Shown piece by piece: positions 48,466 to 59,524 of a stretch of 64,000 bases of DNA (position 1 is its first letter; each line of letters starts with the position of its first letter). Source of the DNA: Gemmatimonadales bacterium (lineage in GTDB: Bacteria; Gemmatimonadota; Gemmatimonadetes; Gemmatimonadales; GWC2-71-9); contig JBFJCP010000026.1 of NCBI GenBank assembly GCA_041615815.1, positions 8,567 to 72,566 on the forward strand, written 5' to 3'. Made by a program: the position numbers and the translations under genes. A model generated the notes under the pieces. That model worked only from the letters and a program-made list of their open reading frames with translations. It had not been told where the DNA came from and did no database searches.

Positions 48466-49494
48466 ATGACCGATACCAACGTGACACTCGACTCTCGAGA
48501 CGATATTGCCCTCGCGGACCGGCTCAAGGCGGGTCGCGATCGGATACTGGCTGAGGTCCGCAAGCGCATTGTGGGACAGGACGACGTCATTGAGCAGGTG
48601 CTGATGTGTCTGTTCGTCGGTGGCAACAGCCTCATCGTGGGCGTTCCCGGGCTCGCCAAGACCTTGCTCATCCGCACGATCGCCCAGGTGCTCGACCTCA
48701 AGTTTTCCCGCATTCAGTTCACGCCGGACTTGATGCCATCGGACATTACGGGTTCGGATCTCATTCAGGAGAATGCGACGACCGGCCGCCGGGAGATGAC
48801 CTTCGTCCATGGACCGATCTTCGGGAATATCGTGCTGGCGGACGAGATCAATCGGACACCTCCAAAGACCCAAGCGGCGTTGCTCGAGGCGATGGAGGAG
48901 CACAAAGTCACGGTACAAGGACGAACCTACGACCTCGATGAGCCGTTCTTCGTCTTTGCCACTCAGAACCCGATCGAGCTGGAGGGAACCTACCCATTGC
49001 CGGAGGCTCAGCTCGACCGCTTCATGTTCAATATCATCATCGACTACATGCCGGAAGAACACGAGTTGCAGGTGGTCCGTCAGACGACGGCCATCCAGAA
49101 TTGGCGGTTCGAACCGACGCTCACCGGGCCGGATATTGTCGGTTTTCAAGAGCTCGTGCGCAAAGTTCCCGTGCCGGAACCGGTACTCAAGTATGCAGTG
49201 GACCTGGTCCGGACGTCGCGGCCCAACAAGAACGGTGCGCCCGAATTCGTCACGCGGTGGGTTTCCTACGGGGCCAGCGTGCGGGCGGCGCAGTACTTGG
49301 TGCTGGGGGCGAAAGCGCGGGCGCTGATGCAGGGGCGGTACCACGTGACGTTTGAGGACATTCGTGGCCTCGCACATCCGGTTCTTCGGCACCGCATCCT
49401 CAAGAATTTCCATGCCGAGTCGGAGCAAGTCTCGGCTGATCGACTGGTGGACGAGCTCCTCAAGGCGGTGCCCGTTCCGGCTTCGGGCATGTGA
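48466..49494 (+). CDS. moxR: MoxR family AAA+ ATPase
   Basis: GVPGLAKT, RIQFTPDLMPSD, LADEINRTPPKTQ, ATQNPIE.EGTYPLPEAQLDRF. Confidence 0.96.
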   Translation: MTDTNVTLDSRDDIALADRLKAGRDRILAEVRKRIVGQDDVIEQVLMCLFVGGNSLIVGVPGLAKTLLIRTIAQVLDLKFSRIQFTPDLMPSDITGSDLIQENATTGRREMTFVHGPIFGNIVLADEINRTPPKTQAALLEAMEEHKVTVQGRTYDLDEPFFVFATQNPIELEGTYPLPEAQLDRFMFNIIIDYMPEEHELQVVRQTTAIQNWRFEPTLTGPDIVGFQELVRKVPVPEPVLKYAVDLVRTSRPNKNGAPEFVTRWVSYGASVRAAQYLVLGAKARALMQGRYHVTFEDIRGLAHPVLRHRILKNFHAESEQVSADRLVDELLKAVPVPASGM

Positions 49495-50384
49495 GCCGGT
49501 CTCGGTTTCTCGATCCCGCAACGCTCGCCAGGATCGACAATCTCGAGCTCCTGGCCAAGACCGTGGTGGACGGCTTCATCAGCGGTCTGCACCGCTCGCC
49601 GTATCTCGGCGTGTCCATCGACTTTGCCGAACACCGAGCGTACATGCCCGGAGACGACATACGCTGGATTGATTGGCGCGTGTTTGGGCGAACCGATCGA
49701 TTTTACGTGAAGCAGTTCGAGGCGGACACCAACGCGAACTTCAGCGTACTCCTCGACGTGTCGCGTTCCATGAGTTATCGGAGCGGCCCGGTAAGCAAGC
49801 TCGACTATGCGCGGTATCTGGCGGCGTGCCTCACGTACTTCTCACGACAACAACGGGATCGCGTCGGCATCGTGACGTTCGATCGGGAGATCGTCTCCCA
49901 CGTCCCACCCTCGGCGAGACACCTGGAGGTTGTGCTCCACACACTAGATCGCCTCGAGGTCGGCGGGGAGGGCGGCATCGAAGAGCCGCTACTCCGGATC
50001 GCCGAAGCCATGAGCCGCCGTGGCATTCTGGTCTTGGTGTCCGACCTCTACGAGGAGCCACAACGCGTCCTATCGGCGGTGAACCGACTGCGCCATCGCG
50101 GCAACGATGTCATCGTATTTCATGTCTTGGATCCCGCGGAGGTAGAGTTCCCGTTCGATGGCGCGCGGCATTTCGAGGACCTCGAGACCGGCGAACGCGT
50201 ACCGGTGGTGACGGAGCAATTGAGGGAGCAGTATCAGCGGTTGGTTGGTGAGCACATCGCAACCCTCTCCACGCTTCTTGGCCAAAATCGGATCGATTAC
50301 ACCCAGGTGAGCACGGTCACTCCGTTGGACTACGCGCTCTTCGACTACCTCAGCCGGCGCCAGCGTCTGAGTCGGGTGCGGTGA
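49491..50384 (+). CDS. DUF58 (VWA-like) protein
   Basis: GLHRS, FAEHRAY.PGDD.R.IDW, YVKQFE, DVSRSM, VSD. Confidence 0.93.
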   Translation: MSRSRFLDPATLARIDNLELLAKTVVDGFISGLHRSPYLGVSIDFAEHRAYMPGDDIRWIDWRVFGRTDRFYVKQFEADTNANFSVLLDVSRSMSYRSGPVSKLDYARYLAACLTYFSRQQRDRVGIVTFDREIVSHVPPSARHLEVVLHTLDRLEVGGEGGIEEPLLRIAEAMSRRGILVLVSDLYEEPQRVLSAVNRLRHRGNDVIVFHVLDPAEVEFPFDGARHFEDLETGERVPVVTEQLREQYQRLVGEHIATLSTLLGQNRIDYTQVSTVTPLDYALFDYLSRRQRLSRVR

Positions 50385-52459
50385 TGCCGTTTTCGTTTCT
50401 CGCCCCGTTGTTCTTGGCAGGCCTGGCCGCCCTGGCGATTCCCATCGTCATCCATCTTACGGACCGCGAGCGGCACGACGTCGTCCGCTTCCCGTCGCTC
50501 ATGTTCGTGGATCGAATCCCCCACAAGACGGTCCGGCGGCAACGAATCCGGCATTGGGTGCTGTTCCTGCTTCGGTGCGCGGCCATCGTGCTGTTGGTGA
50601 TGGCGTTCGCACGTCCGTTGGTTGAAGGTGCCGGCGTGATGGGAGCGTTCACGGCGGGGCGCGAGGTCGTGATTCTGATCGACCGCTCGCACAGTATGGC
50701 TTACGGTGATCGATGGGACCGGGCGGTAGCGGCTGCGCGCGAGACGATCAATGGATTGGGCGACCAGGATCGCGGTGCGCTCATCGCGTTTTCCGATCGG
50801 GCCGAGGCCCTGAGCCAACCGAGCGGCGACCTCGCCGTTCTGCGCGCCCTCCTCGCCCCATTGGATCCTGAAGACGTGCCCACCCGATATGGCCCGGCCC
50901 TCCAACTTGCAGCCCAGATGATGGAGCAAGCGCAGCTCCCACGTCGCGAAGTGGTGCTGATCAGTGATTTCCAGCGCACGGGGTGGCGTCCGGATGACGC
51001 GCCACGGCTCCCCGCCGGTGTGACGGTCAAGGCCATCAACGTGGCGGAACCGGGCGACGCCAACCTCGCGGTCACCGGCCTGACCATCGAGCGGACCGGT
51101 GGCTCCACTCGCGACCGAGTGGCCGTCTCGGCCCGGCTCGTCAATGCCGGGGGAAGCACCCGGGAGGCTACCGTGCAGCTTCAAGTCGACGGCCAGCAGG
51201 TGGAGACGCGGAAGGCGCAGTTGGATCCTCACGGTGCCACCACGCTCCATTTCGCCGCGGTCACCGTGCCGCGACGGGTGGCGTTGGGAAAGATCACCGC
51301 GGGCGAAGACCGGCTGGCGCGTGACAACCAATTCTTCTTCGTGGTCGCACCCTCCCAAGCGGTCCGCGTCGTCCTCATGCACCATCCCCGAGCCAGCGCC
51401 AGCGAGCGCGTGTACCTGGCCCGGGCCCTCGCGATCGGGAGCGATCCCCCCTTCGAGGTCGTCCACCGAACGCCGAGTCAGCTGTCTGTCGAAGACCTCG
51501 AGGGACGACCCGCAGTCGTGCTCAATGACGTGACGTGGCCCGGTGGGGCGGTGGGACGGCGTCTCGAGCGCTTCGTGGAGGAGGGCGGTCGCCTGCTGAT
51601 CGTCCTCGGGCCCCGTGCCACCCCAGCCGGCTGGAACAATCAACGCGTGTTCCCGGGGGTGGCCAGCTCCTCGGTGGATCGGTGGAGCGACCGCGGCGGG
51701 AACCTCAGCATCGTCGCAGTTGGCCACCCGGTGTTCGAGGTGTTCCGGGCACCGCGGAGCGGGGACTTCTCGACGGCCCGGTTCTTTCGATATCGGCTCG
51801 TCGAGCCAACAGATTCCGCAACGGTGCTGGCGCGGTATGATGACGGGGGAGTGGCACTTTTCGAATCCCGGGTGGGCGCTGGGACGGTCCTGGTACTCTC
51901 GACGACGTTGGACAACCGCTGGAACGACCTGCCGATTCAGCCGGTGTTCCTCCCGTTTGCCCATCAGTTGATGCAATACCTCGCCGGGTACGGGGCGTTG
52001 CGGCCATGGGTCACAGCGGGCCAGGTAGTGAACCTCGCAGACTATGTGGGTGGTGAAACGGCTGGGACGGCCACGGTTCTGGATGAGTTGGTGGTTGAAA
52101 CGCCCTCCGGGGAGCGGATCTTGCGGCGGTTCGAGCAGGAAAGTCCGTACCTGGAGCTTCGCGAGCAGGGTTTGTACCGCGTGCGTCCGCTGGACGATCG
52201 ATCCACCGCGCTGGCGACGATCGCAGCCAATCTCGATCCGGCGGAGACGGACTTGACGGTTGTCGATCCGGAGGAGGTCGTGGGTGCTGTGAGCACGGCC
52301 GGCAGCAGCGCGGACCAGGCATCCGCGGGTCTCGTGTTGACCCCGCAGGAGAGGGAACGTCGTCAGGGGCTCTGGTGGTATCTCCTCATAGGAGTGATCC
52401 TTCTGCTGCTGGCAGAGTTGACCCTCTCGAATCGAGCACGCCGGGCACCCCGGCGCTGA
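50384..52459 (+). CDS. BatA N-terminal double-TM domain plus VWA domain protein
   Basis: LAIPIVIHL...FPSLMF...LLRC...AFARP; DRSHSM MIDAS; LISDFQ; C-terminal TM. Confidence 0.9.
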   Translation: MPFSFLAPLFLAGLAALAIPIVIHLTDRERHDVVRFPSLMFVDRIPHKTVRRQRIRHWVLFLLRCAAIVLLVMAFARPLVEGAGVMGAFTAGREVVILIDRSHSMAYGDRWDRAVAAARETINGLGDQDRGALIAFSDRAEALSQPSGDLAVLRALLAPLDPEDVPTRYGPALQLAAQMMEQAQLPRREVVLISDFQRTGWRPDDAPRLPAGVTVKAINVAEPGDANLAVTGLTIERTGGSTRDRVAVSARLVNAGGSTREATVQLQVDGQQVETRKAQLDPHGATTLHFAAVTVPRRVALGKITAGEDRLARDNQFFFVVAPSQAVRVVLMHHPRASASERVYLARALAIGSDPPFEVVHRTPSQLSVEDLEGRPAVVLNDVTWPGGAVGRRLERFVEEGGRLLIVLGPRATPAGWNNQRVFPGVASSSVDRWSDRGGNLSIVAVGHPVFEVFRAPRSGDFSTARFFRYRLVEPTDSATVLARYDDGGVALFESRVGAGTVLVLSTTLDNRWNDLPIQPVFLPFAHQLMQYLAGYGALRPWVTAGQVVNLADYVGGETAGTATVLDELVVETPSGERILRRFEQESPYLELREQGLYRVRPLDDRSTALATIAANLDPAETDLTVVDPEEVVGAVSTAGSSADQASAGLVLTPQERERRQGLWWYLLIGVILLLLAELTLSNRARRAPRR

Positions 52460-52481
52460 CCCCGACCGAGGAGACGTCGAG

Positions 52482-55400
52482 ATGGCGTACCCCGCGAATC
52501 GAGACCAACTGCTCCGTATCGTGCAGAGCGTCCGCAGGCGCTGGCGCCTCAAGATCGTGTTTCGGGGGTTGGCCATCGCAATCGTGGGTGGTCTGATAGT
52601 CTTTGGAGTATCGGCGCTGGGGATCGATCGGTTCCACTTCAACCCAACGGCCGTCTTGGTGTTCCGCCTCGTGGCCTACCTGCTCGTAGCGGCATTGGTG
52701 GGTTGGTTCATGGTGCGCCCGCTGCTCCGGCGGGTCTCGGACGATCGAGTTGCGCTGTACGTCGAGGAACATGCGCCAGCACTCGACGGACGCATGCTCA
52801 GTGCGGTGGGATTCGCCGATACCGAGGAGCCCACCGCGGAGCTGTCACCGGCCTTTGTGGAACGGCTCGTTACCAGCGCCATTGAAGAGTGCGCCACCAT
52901 TGGGGACGGTCGAGACATCGACCGGCGGCCGCTGCTGCAATCGTCCGGCGTGTTGGCGGGGGCCACGCTCTTTGGGTTGGCGATGCTCTTCTTTGGGCCG
53001 GCCGCACTCCGGCTCGGCACCCGTACGCTGCTGACGCCCTGGGAATCTGCGAGCGAGCGCAGTCCATATTCCATTGCCGTGGTGCCCGGCGACACGACGA
53101 TCGCGAAAGGGTCGGATCTCCGTGTCACGGCGCGTCTCAACAATTTCGACGCAGGCCAAGTGGACCTTTCGGTCCGACGTGCGGGAGCTGCTGCTTGGGA
53201 GCGGTGGCCCATGACCGTGGACGACGAGTCGGGAGCGTTTGCCTTTCTGCTCTTCGACCTGGACGCGGTCACCGAGTACTACGTCGAAGCCGGGGGTGTC
53301 CGATCGTCGGTGTTTACGATCGACGTTGCCGAGCTTCCCCACGTTCAACAAATCGATCTCGAGTATCATTTCCCATCCTACACCGGCCTCCGCCCACAAC
53401 GGGACGAGGATGGCGGTGACGTCGCGGCGCTCGAAGGCACGAGAGTGATCGTGGAGATCACACCCACAATTCCGACGTCATGGGGTGCGATCGTCGTAGA
53501 CGAACGCGATACCCTTGCGTTGGAGGTTGGGGCGGCAGGGAAGCTGACGGGGGAGCTTCAGGTGCGACGAGACGGGTTCTATCGGATCTTGTTCCGAACG
53601 GCGACGAACAAGGTCGTGCCAGGCTCACCGGACTACGTCATCGATGCGCTGCTCGATCAGCCACCCTCCGTGGTCATTGCCAATCCAGGTCGCGACCTGC
53701 GCGTCACCGCGATCGAGGAAGTATTCACGGAAGTCGAAGCCGAGGACGACTACGGTCTCCGGCGGGTCGAGCTCGTCGTTGCCATCAATGGCGGTCCAGA
53801 AAAGACGACCATGTTGTACGATGGTGGGCGCCGGCGCAACGTGACAGCCAGCCATACGTTCTTCCTGGAAGAGCTGGGTTTGGAGCCGGGTGATCTTGTG
53901 TCCTACTACGCCCGGGCTACCGACACCGATGGTGTGAGCGGCCCGCATCAAACGGTCACCGACATCTATTTCCTGAACGTCCGCCCCTTCGAGCAGGAGT
54001 ATCGCCAGGCCGACCAGCAGGGTGGTGGTGGAGGGATGGGCGCGGGACTCAACAGTGCGCTCTCGGAGCGTCAACGACAGATCGTGGCTGCCACGTTCAA
54101 CCTCATTCGCGATCGCGAAACATACGGCGAGAAGGAGTTTCGCGAGAATCTGGCAACACTCGCCTTGGCGCAGGGCCGACTTCGGGAGGAAGTGCAGACG
54201 CTGCTCCGTCGCATCCGGAACCGGGGTGTCATCTCGTTGGACTCCACATTTTCCGCGATCGCGGGCGCTCTCGAAGAAGCCGTTGGTGCCATGGAAGTTG
54301 CGGAAAACCAACTTGGTGAGCGAAAGCCGGAGAGTGCACTCCCACCAGAGCGGCAGGCGTTACAACAGCTGCAGCGGGCGGAAGCGGTCTTTCGTGAGGT
54401 GCAGATCTCACGCGGCGATGGTGGGGGAGGGGGCGGTGGTGCGTCGAGCGCCGAGGAGCTCGCCGACCTCTTCGAGCTTGAGCTGGACAAGCTGCGCAAT
54501 CAATACGAGCAGGTGCAGCGGGGCGAACGCCAGCAGACGGATGCCCAGCTCGATGAGCTGATGGAGAAACTCCGCCAGCTTGCCAGACGCCAGCAACAGG
54601 AAAACGAGCGAATGCGGGCGCGGGCGGGCCAGCTCCAGCAGCAGGGGGGTGGGGGCGGGGGAGGGCAGCGACAGCTCGCCGAGGAGGCGGAGGAGCTGGC
54701 ACGACGTCTCGAACGCCTGGCACGTGAACAGGCCATGCCCGAGTTCGAAGAAACGGCACGAGAACTCCGACGCGCCGCCGAGGAGATGCGTCGAGCGGCA
54801 AGCAACGGGACGTCCGGTGCCAACCAGGGTCAAACTGCGCTAGACCGTCTCCGGGAAGCGCGGCGGCTGCTGGACGAGAACCGCTCGGCGGGGCTCGAAC
54901 GAGAGATCGGTGACGCGTTGCGTCGAGCGCAGCGCATGAGCGAGACCCAAGAACGGCTCACGGAAGATGTGGGACGTTTGGAGGCGCAAGATAGCGAAGC
55001 CCTCCGCCGGCTCCTGGAGCGCAAGGAACAGATGGCGGCCGAGGTGCGGGATCTGGAACGACAGCTCGACCGCCTCGGGCAGGAAACGCGGCGCGAGCAA
55101 CCCGATGCCTCCCGGAAACTTCAGGAGGCGGCGAGCGGCATCCGAGACACCAAGCTACGTGAGAAAGTGCTGTACTCACGGGGGGTCGTGCAGGGCCGCT
55201 CGCGAGAGTACGCCCAGAATTTCGAGGAGCAGATTCAGCAGGACCTCGACGCCCTTCGGGACCGCATCCAGGAAGCTCGCGACGCACTCGGTGAGTCACC
55301 GGAGCGGCGGTTGGCGCGCGGCTTGGATCGGACGCGCGACCTCGTCAATGCTCTGGAATCCCTCGATGCCAGGATTCGAGATAGGGGTGCAGAAGGAGAG

Positions 55401-56027
55401 CAGGGGCAACAAGGGCAACAGGGAGAACAAGAGCAGCAGGGGCAGGAAGGACCACCGGGACAACAAGGACAGCAGGGGCAGCAAGGACAACAGGGACAAC
55501 AAGGTCAACAGGGACAGCAAGGACAACAGGGACAACAGGGACAACAAGGTCAACAGGGACAGCAAGGACAACAGGGACAACAGGGACAACAGGGGAACGG
55601 CCAAACTCAGGCCGACGGCGGTCGCCGGTCACCAGGGGCCGATCCGACCACGTTGGGGGGGCTTGGGGATCTTCAGCCAGGGGATGCTCGCCAGTTTCGC
55701 CGGGAGCTCCGCCAGCGCGTGACTGAAGCGGACCAGCTGCGCCGCCAATTGGGGAACGAAGGTGTTGACGTTGAGGATCTCGAGAACATCATTGCGCGGC
55801 TCCGCGCGCTGGATGACCGGGTTGCCACCGGAGATCCGCGCGCGTTGGCGCAGCTGCGAAGCGAGGTCATCCAGGGGCTGAAGGAGTTCGAGTATGGTCT
55901 CCGGCGTCAGTTCGCCGGGGACGATGAGCGCCGCCTGCTGCTCGGCGGATCCGATGAGGTGCCCGACGGATACCGCGAGCTCGTAGAGCAGTACTACAAA
56001 GCGTTGTCGGAGCGATCGCGCCCCTAG
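52482..56027 (+). CDS. Large membrane-anchored coiled-coil protein (DUF4175-like)
   Basis: N-terminal TMs, Ig-like region ([23 protein letters not shown]), long Q/E/R coiled coils, C-terminal [16 protein letters not shown]. Confidence 0.85.
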   Translation: MAYPANRDQLLRIVQSVRRRWRLKIVFRGLAIAIVGGLIVFGVSALGIDRFHFNPTAVLVFRLVAYLLVAALVGWFMVRPLLRRVSDDRVALYVEEHAPALDGRMLSAVGFADTEEPTAELSPAFVERLVTSAIEECATIGDGRDIDRRPLLQSSGVLAGATLFGLAMLFFGPAALRLGTRTLLTPWESASERSPYSIAVVPGDTTIAKGSDLRVTARLNNFDAGQVDLSVRRAGAAAWERWPMTVDDESGAFAFLLFDLDAVTEYYVEAGGVRSSVFTIDVAELPHVQQIDLEYHFPSYTGLRPQRDEDGGDVAALEGTRVIVEITPTIPTSWGAIVVDERDTLALEVGAAGKLTGELQVRRDGFYRILFRTATNKVVPGSPDYVIDALLDQPPSVVIANPGRDLRVTAIEEVFTEVEAEDDYGLRRVELVVAINGGPEKTTMLYDGGRRRNVTASHTFFLEELGLEPGDLVSYYARATDTDGVSGPHQTVTDIYFLNVRPFEQEYRQADQQGGGGGMGAGLNSALSERQRQIVAATFNLIRDRETYGEKEFRENLATLALAQGRLREEVQTLLRRIRNRGVISLDSTFSAIAGALEEAVGAMEVAENQLGERKPESALPPERQALQQLQRAEAVFREVQISRGDGGGGGGGASSAEELADLFELELDKLRNQYEQVQRGERQQTDAQLDELMEKLRQLARRQQQENERMRARAGQLQQQGGGGGGGQRQLAEEAEELARRLERLAREQAMPEFEETARELRRAAEEMRRAASNGTSGANQGQTALDRLREARRLLDENRSAGLEREIGDALRRAQRMSETQERLTEDVGRLEAQDSEALRRLLERKEQMAAEVRDLERQLDRLGQETRREQPDASRKLQEAASGIRDTKLREKVLYSRGVVQGRSREYAQNFEEQIQQDLDALRDRIQEARDALGESPERRLARGLDRTRDLVNALESLDARIRDRGAEGEQGQQGQQGEQEQQGQEGPPGQQGQQGQQGQQGQQGQQGQQGQQGQQGQQGQQGQQGQQGQQGQQGNGQTQADGGRRSPGADPTTLGGLGDLQPGDARQFRRELRQRVTEADQLRRQLGNEGVDVEDLENIIARLRALDDRVATGDPRALAQLRSEVIQGLKEFEYGLRRQFAGDDERRLLLGGSDEVPDGYRELVEQYYKALSERSRP
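55461..55595 (+). repeat. Coding tandem repeat, 15 x 9 bp (CARCARGGN) encoding (QQG)15
   Basis: Units counted directly; includes a perfect 45-bp higher-order period across 55488-55586. Confidence 0.95.
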
Positions 56028-56290
56028 CCCTCAGCCCGGCGGCCTTTCGCTGGGGACACGTCGATGGCCAGCGCGAGAATGAGTCCCAGCACCGGCCAGA
56101 GGCTCCACACGCCTCCGAACCAATGCTGAACAGCGGTATACCAGAGAAGGGTCGTTGGGAGAAAGAGGAACCCGAGGATCGGCCAGAGCGCGGTGCCAAA
56201 GATGCCGGAAAACCAACCGGTGAACAGCCACAGGATAACGATCGCCAACCTGGGTGTGAGAAGCGCGAGTACGGCCAGGAAACACGGCAT
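56024..56290 (-). CDS. Small hydrophobic membrane protein
   Basis: MPC.LA.LAL..PR...WPILGFLFLPTTLLWY pattern; GAGGAAGGA RBS; last gene of the PPP operon. Confidence 0.8.
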   Translation of the reverse strand: MPCFLAVLALLTPRLAIVILWLFTGWFSGIFGTALWPILGFLFLPTTLLWYTAVQHWFGGVWSLWPVLGLILALAIDVSPAKGRRAEG

Positions 56291-56305
56291 AGGTCCTTCC
56301 TCTCG

Positions 56306-57064
56306 CTACGAGCGATGCTGGTAGCGGGTCAACCGTTGAGCCGCCTGCTGATCCAAGAACCACAGTAAATCCCCCGTCCGTGGCTCGATCCGGGCCGCAG
56401 GCAGGTCGACGTCGCCCTCGGAGGATTCCAACACTCGCGCAACCACCGGGGCCTTGCTCGCGCCCGTGGCCATGAACAGCACGGTACGGGCTTCTCGAAA
56501 CACCGGTGGCGTGAGCGTGATCCGGTGTGCCTTCAGAGACTCCACCCACACAGCCGTAACGAGGCGTTTGCGTTCTTCCCATGCCACGCTTTCCGGAAAG
56601 AGCGACGCCGTATGGCCGTCAGATCCGACGCCCAAGAGGACCAGGTCGAAGACCGGCAGCGCACCCGGTTCGAGTCCGAGAACTGCCCGAATCTCCTCCT
56701 CGTATTCCGTGGCGGCGACGTCGGGATTTCCTTCACCCAGCATTCGGTGCACGTTGGCAGAGGGGATCGGAATGCGGGAGAGCAGGATGCGGTCCGCCGT
56801 GCCGAAGTTGCTGTCTTCATGCTCCGGCGGCACGGCCCGCTCATCTCCCCAGAACACATGGACGTCCGTCCAGGGGATCCGATACCGGTATGGGGGATTG
56901 GCGAGCTGTTCGAACAGAAGGACGGGGGTGGAACCACCGGAGAGGACTAGCGTGACCCATCCGCGTTGCGCGACGCCGTCGTCGATGCGTGTGGCGATTT
57001 CCTCGGCCGCCGCGGCAGCGACGGCATCGGGATCGTGGTACACGCGGATACGGGGCGCCATCAT
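56306..57064 (-). CDS. pgl: 6-phosphogluconolactonase
   Basis: LSGGSTP, FWGDERAVP, SN, LLGVGSDGHTASLFP, RITLT. Confidence 0.95.
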   Translation of the reverse strand: MMAPRIRVYHDPDAVAAAAAEEIATRIDDGVAQRGWVTLVLSGGSTPVLLFEQLANPPYRYRIPWTDVHVFWGDERAVPPEHEDSNFGTADRILLSRIPIPSANVHRMLGEGNPDVAATEYEEEIRAVLGLEPGALPVFDLVLLGVGSDGHTASLFPESVAWEERKRLVTAVWVESLKAHRITLTPPVFREARTVLFMATGASKAPVVARVLESSEGDVDLPAARIEPRTGDLLWFLDQQAAQRLTRYQHRS

Positions 57065-57140
57065 CGGGCGGCGTGCCGTAACGATCGATGGCGTGTCAGC
57101 GTTTGCCGAACGCGTGCCATGAGGAACAGGCTGCCGGGGG

Positions 57141-58601
57141 TCACGCGCTCACTCGAATGGGTCCGTACCACCGATAGCCGTCTCGAGTAATCAGGTCATC
57201 GGCCAAGGTCGGTCCCCACGTCCCAGCCGCGTATGGGTGGACGTCAGCCGATCGCTCCAAGAGCGGGGTATAGAGGCGCCATGCAGCTTCTGCTTCATCG
57301 GCATGCACGAAGAGTGTCTGGTCGCCGTTCAGCACGTCGAGCAGGAGTGTTTGGTACGCGTCCGGAATATCGCCGAAGGCCTCACGATATTGAAACCGCA
57401 GTGGGAGCGTCTGCAAGGCGAAGGGCTCGCCCGGCGTCTTCACATCGATGCACAGGGCAAACCCTTCGTCCGGCTGAATCGTCAGGATCAAGACGTTAGG
57501 ATTCATCGGGCATCCGCCGAGGGAGTCGAACAGGCAGACCGGTGGCTGCCGGAAGGTCACCGCGATCTGCGTGAGCCGACTCTCCATACGTTTCCCCGTT
57601 CTGATGTAGAACGGCACACCCTGCCAGCGCCAGGTGTCGATCTGGAGGCGCAGTGCCACGAAGGTCTCGGTATTCGTGTCGTTGGGCACGTCCGGTTCGT
57701 GCCGGTATCCGACCACCGGCGCGCCGTTGATGTTTCCCTCGGTATACTGACCGAACACGACATCGTGCGGCTCCACCGGCGCAATGGAGCGAAGTAGCTT
57801 GACCTTCTCGTAGCGGACCGCCTCAGCGTCGTAGGAGACGGGCACTTCCATCCCGATGAGGGAGAGCAATTGCGTGAGGTGATTCTGGACCATGTCCCGA
57901 AGAGCGCCCACACGATCATAATAGCCGGCGCGATCCTCGACGCCGAGATTCTCCGCCACCGAGATCTGTACGTTGGCTACGCGGTCACGATTCCAGAGCG
58001 ATTCGAACATCGCGTTGGCAAATCGGAAGACCAGGAGGTTTTGTACGGTTTCCTTTCCGAGGTAGTGGTCGATCCGGTAGAGCTGGCGCTCGTCGAAGTA
58101 TTGGTGGGCAACGGCATTGAGCTTCTGGGCAGAAGCGAGGTCTCGCCCGAACGGCTTCTCGATCACGAGCCTCGTCCACCCGTCACTGCGGTTCAGCTTC
58201 GCTCCACCCAACGCGGTGATGGTGCCGGGAAAGGCCGCCGGCGGAAGCGCGAGATAGATGACGCGGTTGCCCGGGAGCTCATGACGCTGTTCGATCTCCG
58301 CGATCCGGGCGGCCAGCGCACGGTAGGACGCTTCATCGCCGCGCACCCCGATGTGGTAGAGACGGTCGTCGCACCACGATCGTAGGTGGGCACCACCCGT
58401 CTCGAGACCGTCCCGAGCCCATTCTCGGAATCGGTCGTCATCCAGCTCGGTATCGCGCGAGACCCCCAAGATGGCGTAATTCCCGTCCAGGAGTCCCTGG
58501 GCTCCGAGGCGGTGGAGGGCGGGCAGCAACTTCCGCCTGGTGAGGTCCCCGGTTCCGCCCACGATCACAAAGAGGTGCGGGTCCACCCGGTCTGATGGCA
58601 C
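57141..58601 (-). CDS. zwf: Glucose-6-phosphate 1-dehydrogenase
   Basis: GGTGDL, EKPFG, RIDHYLGKE, RDMVQNH, RWQGVPFYIRTGK. Confidence 0.97.
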   Translation of the reverse strand: MPSDRVDPHLFVIVGGTGDLTRRKLLPALHRLGAQGLLDGNYAILGVSRDTELDDDRFREWARDGLETGGAHLRSWCDDRLYHIGVRGDEASYRALAARIAEIEQRHELPGNRVIYLALPPAAFPGTITALGGAKLNRSDGWTRLVIEKPFGRDLASAQKLNAVAHQYFDERQLYRIDHYLGKETVQNLLVFRFANAMFESLWNRDRVANVQISVAENLGVEDRAGYYDRVGALRDMVQNHLTQLLSLIGMEVPVSYDAEAVRYEKVKLLRSIAPVEPHDVVFGQYTEGNINGAPVVGYRHEPDVPNDTNTETFVALRLQIDTWRWQGVPFYIRTGKRMESRLTQIAVTFRQPPVCLFDSLGGCPMNPNVLILTIQPDEGFALCIDVKTPGEPFALQTLPLRFQYREAFGDIPDAYQTLLLDVLNGDQTLFVHADEAEAAWRLYTPLLERSADVHPYAAGTWGPTLADDLITRDGYRWYGPIRVSA

Positions 58602-58603
58602 GG

Positions 58604-59512
58604 CTAGTCGGCCTTCCGAACGGCGTGTCCGCCGAACTGACCCCGGAGGGCCGCGAGCAGGCGGTCTGCGTATGATTCGTCATCGCGAGAGCGAAGACGC
58701 TGAATGAGGGACAGCGATATGACCGGTGCCGGGACGTCGAGGTCGATGGCTTCCGCCACCGTCCAGCGGCCTTCTCCCGAATCCGAGACGTAGGGAGCGA
58801 TCGTTTCGAGTTCTTGATCGGCTTGGAGTGCCCGCGCGGTGAGATCCAAGAGCCATGACCGCACGACGCTCCCGAACCGCCAGATCTCGGCGACCTGGTG
58901 CAGGTCCAGATCGAACTCCGTCTTGTGCTTCATGATGGAGAAGCCTTCGGCATAGGCTTGCATGAGCCCATACTCGATACCGTTGTGGACCATCTTGACG
59001 AAATGACCGGCACCGGCGGGCCCAACGTGTCCCCAGCCTCTCTCGGGCGCCGGAGCCAACGTCTCGAACAGTGGGCGGAGCCGCTCCACGATCGCGTGGG
59101 GTCCCCCAACCATCATGCTGTATCCCTCGTCGCGTCCCCACACCCCGCCGCTGGTTCCGACGTCGACGAAGTGCAATCCTGCGTTCTCCAGTGCTCGCGC
59201 GCGCCGCATGGTCTCCCTGTAATTGGAGTTGCCACCGTCGATAATCACGTCGCCTTGGGTAAGCGCGGGTGTGAGCGACGTAAGAACCTGGTCCACGACG
59301 GTGCCCGCCGGTACCATGAGCCAGACAGCCCGTGGCGTGGAGAGTGCGTGCACCAGCTCCTCCAGCGACGGCGCGCCGACGGCCCCCTGATCTTTTGCGC
59401 GTCGGACGGCGTCGTGGTCTCGATCGAATGCAACCACCTGATGGCCGCCGCTCACGAGCCGTGTGGCCATATTGGCGCCCATGCGCCCTAGACCGATCAT
59501 GCCGAGTTCCAT
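58604..59512 (-). CDS. gnd: 6-phosphogluconate dehydrogenase, decarboxylating (short type)
   Basis: GLGRMG, DGGNS, DVGTSGG, GHFVKMVHNGIEYG, SGEGRW, FGGH. Confidence 0.96.
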   Translation of the reverse strand: MELGMIGLGRMGANMATRLVSGGHQVVAFDRDHDAVRRAKDQGAVGAPSLEELVHALSTPRAVWLMVPAGTVVDQVLTSLTPALTQGDVIIDGGNSNYRETMRRARALENAGLHFVDVGTSGGVWGRDEGYSMMVGGPHAIVERLRPLFETLAPAPERGWGHVGPAGAGHFVKMVHNGIEYGLMQAYAEGFSIMKHKTEFDLDLHQVAEIWRFGSVVRSWLLDLTARALQADQELETIAPYVSDSGEGRWTVAEAIDLDVPAPVISLSLIQRLRSRDDESYADRLLAALRGQFGGHAVRKAD

Positions 59513-59524
59513 GGGTCTTCCTGT

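Noticed and set aside
50345..52642. Very long antisense ORFs (also 6491..8068, 29456..31204, 45735..47297, 47941..49521)
   Set aside because: Mirror-frame shadows of well-supported genes, expected from GC-rich codon bias; no protein motifs.
55395..55600. Repeat tract as a CRISPR array
   Set aside because: Contiguous 9-bp coding units with no spacers and no cas genes.
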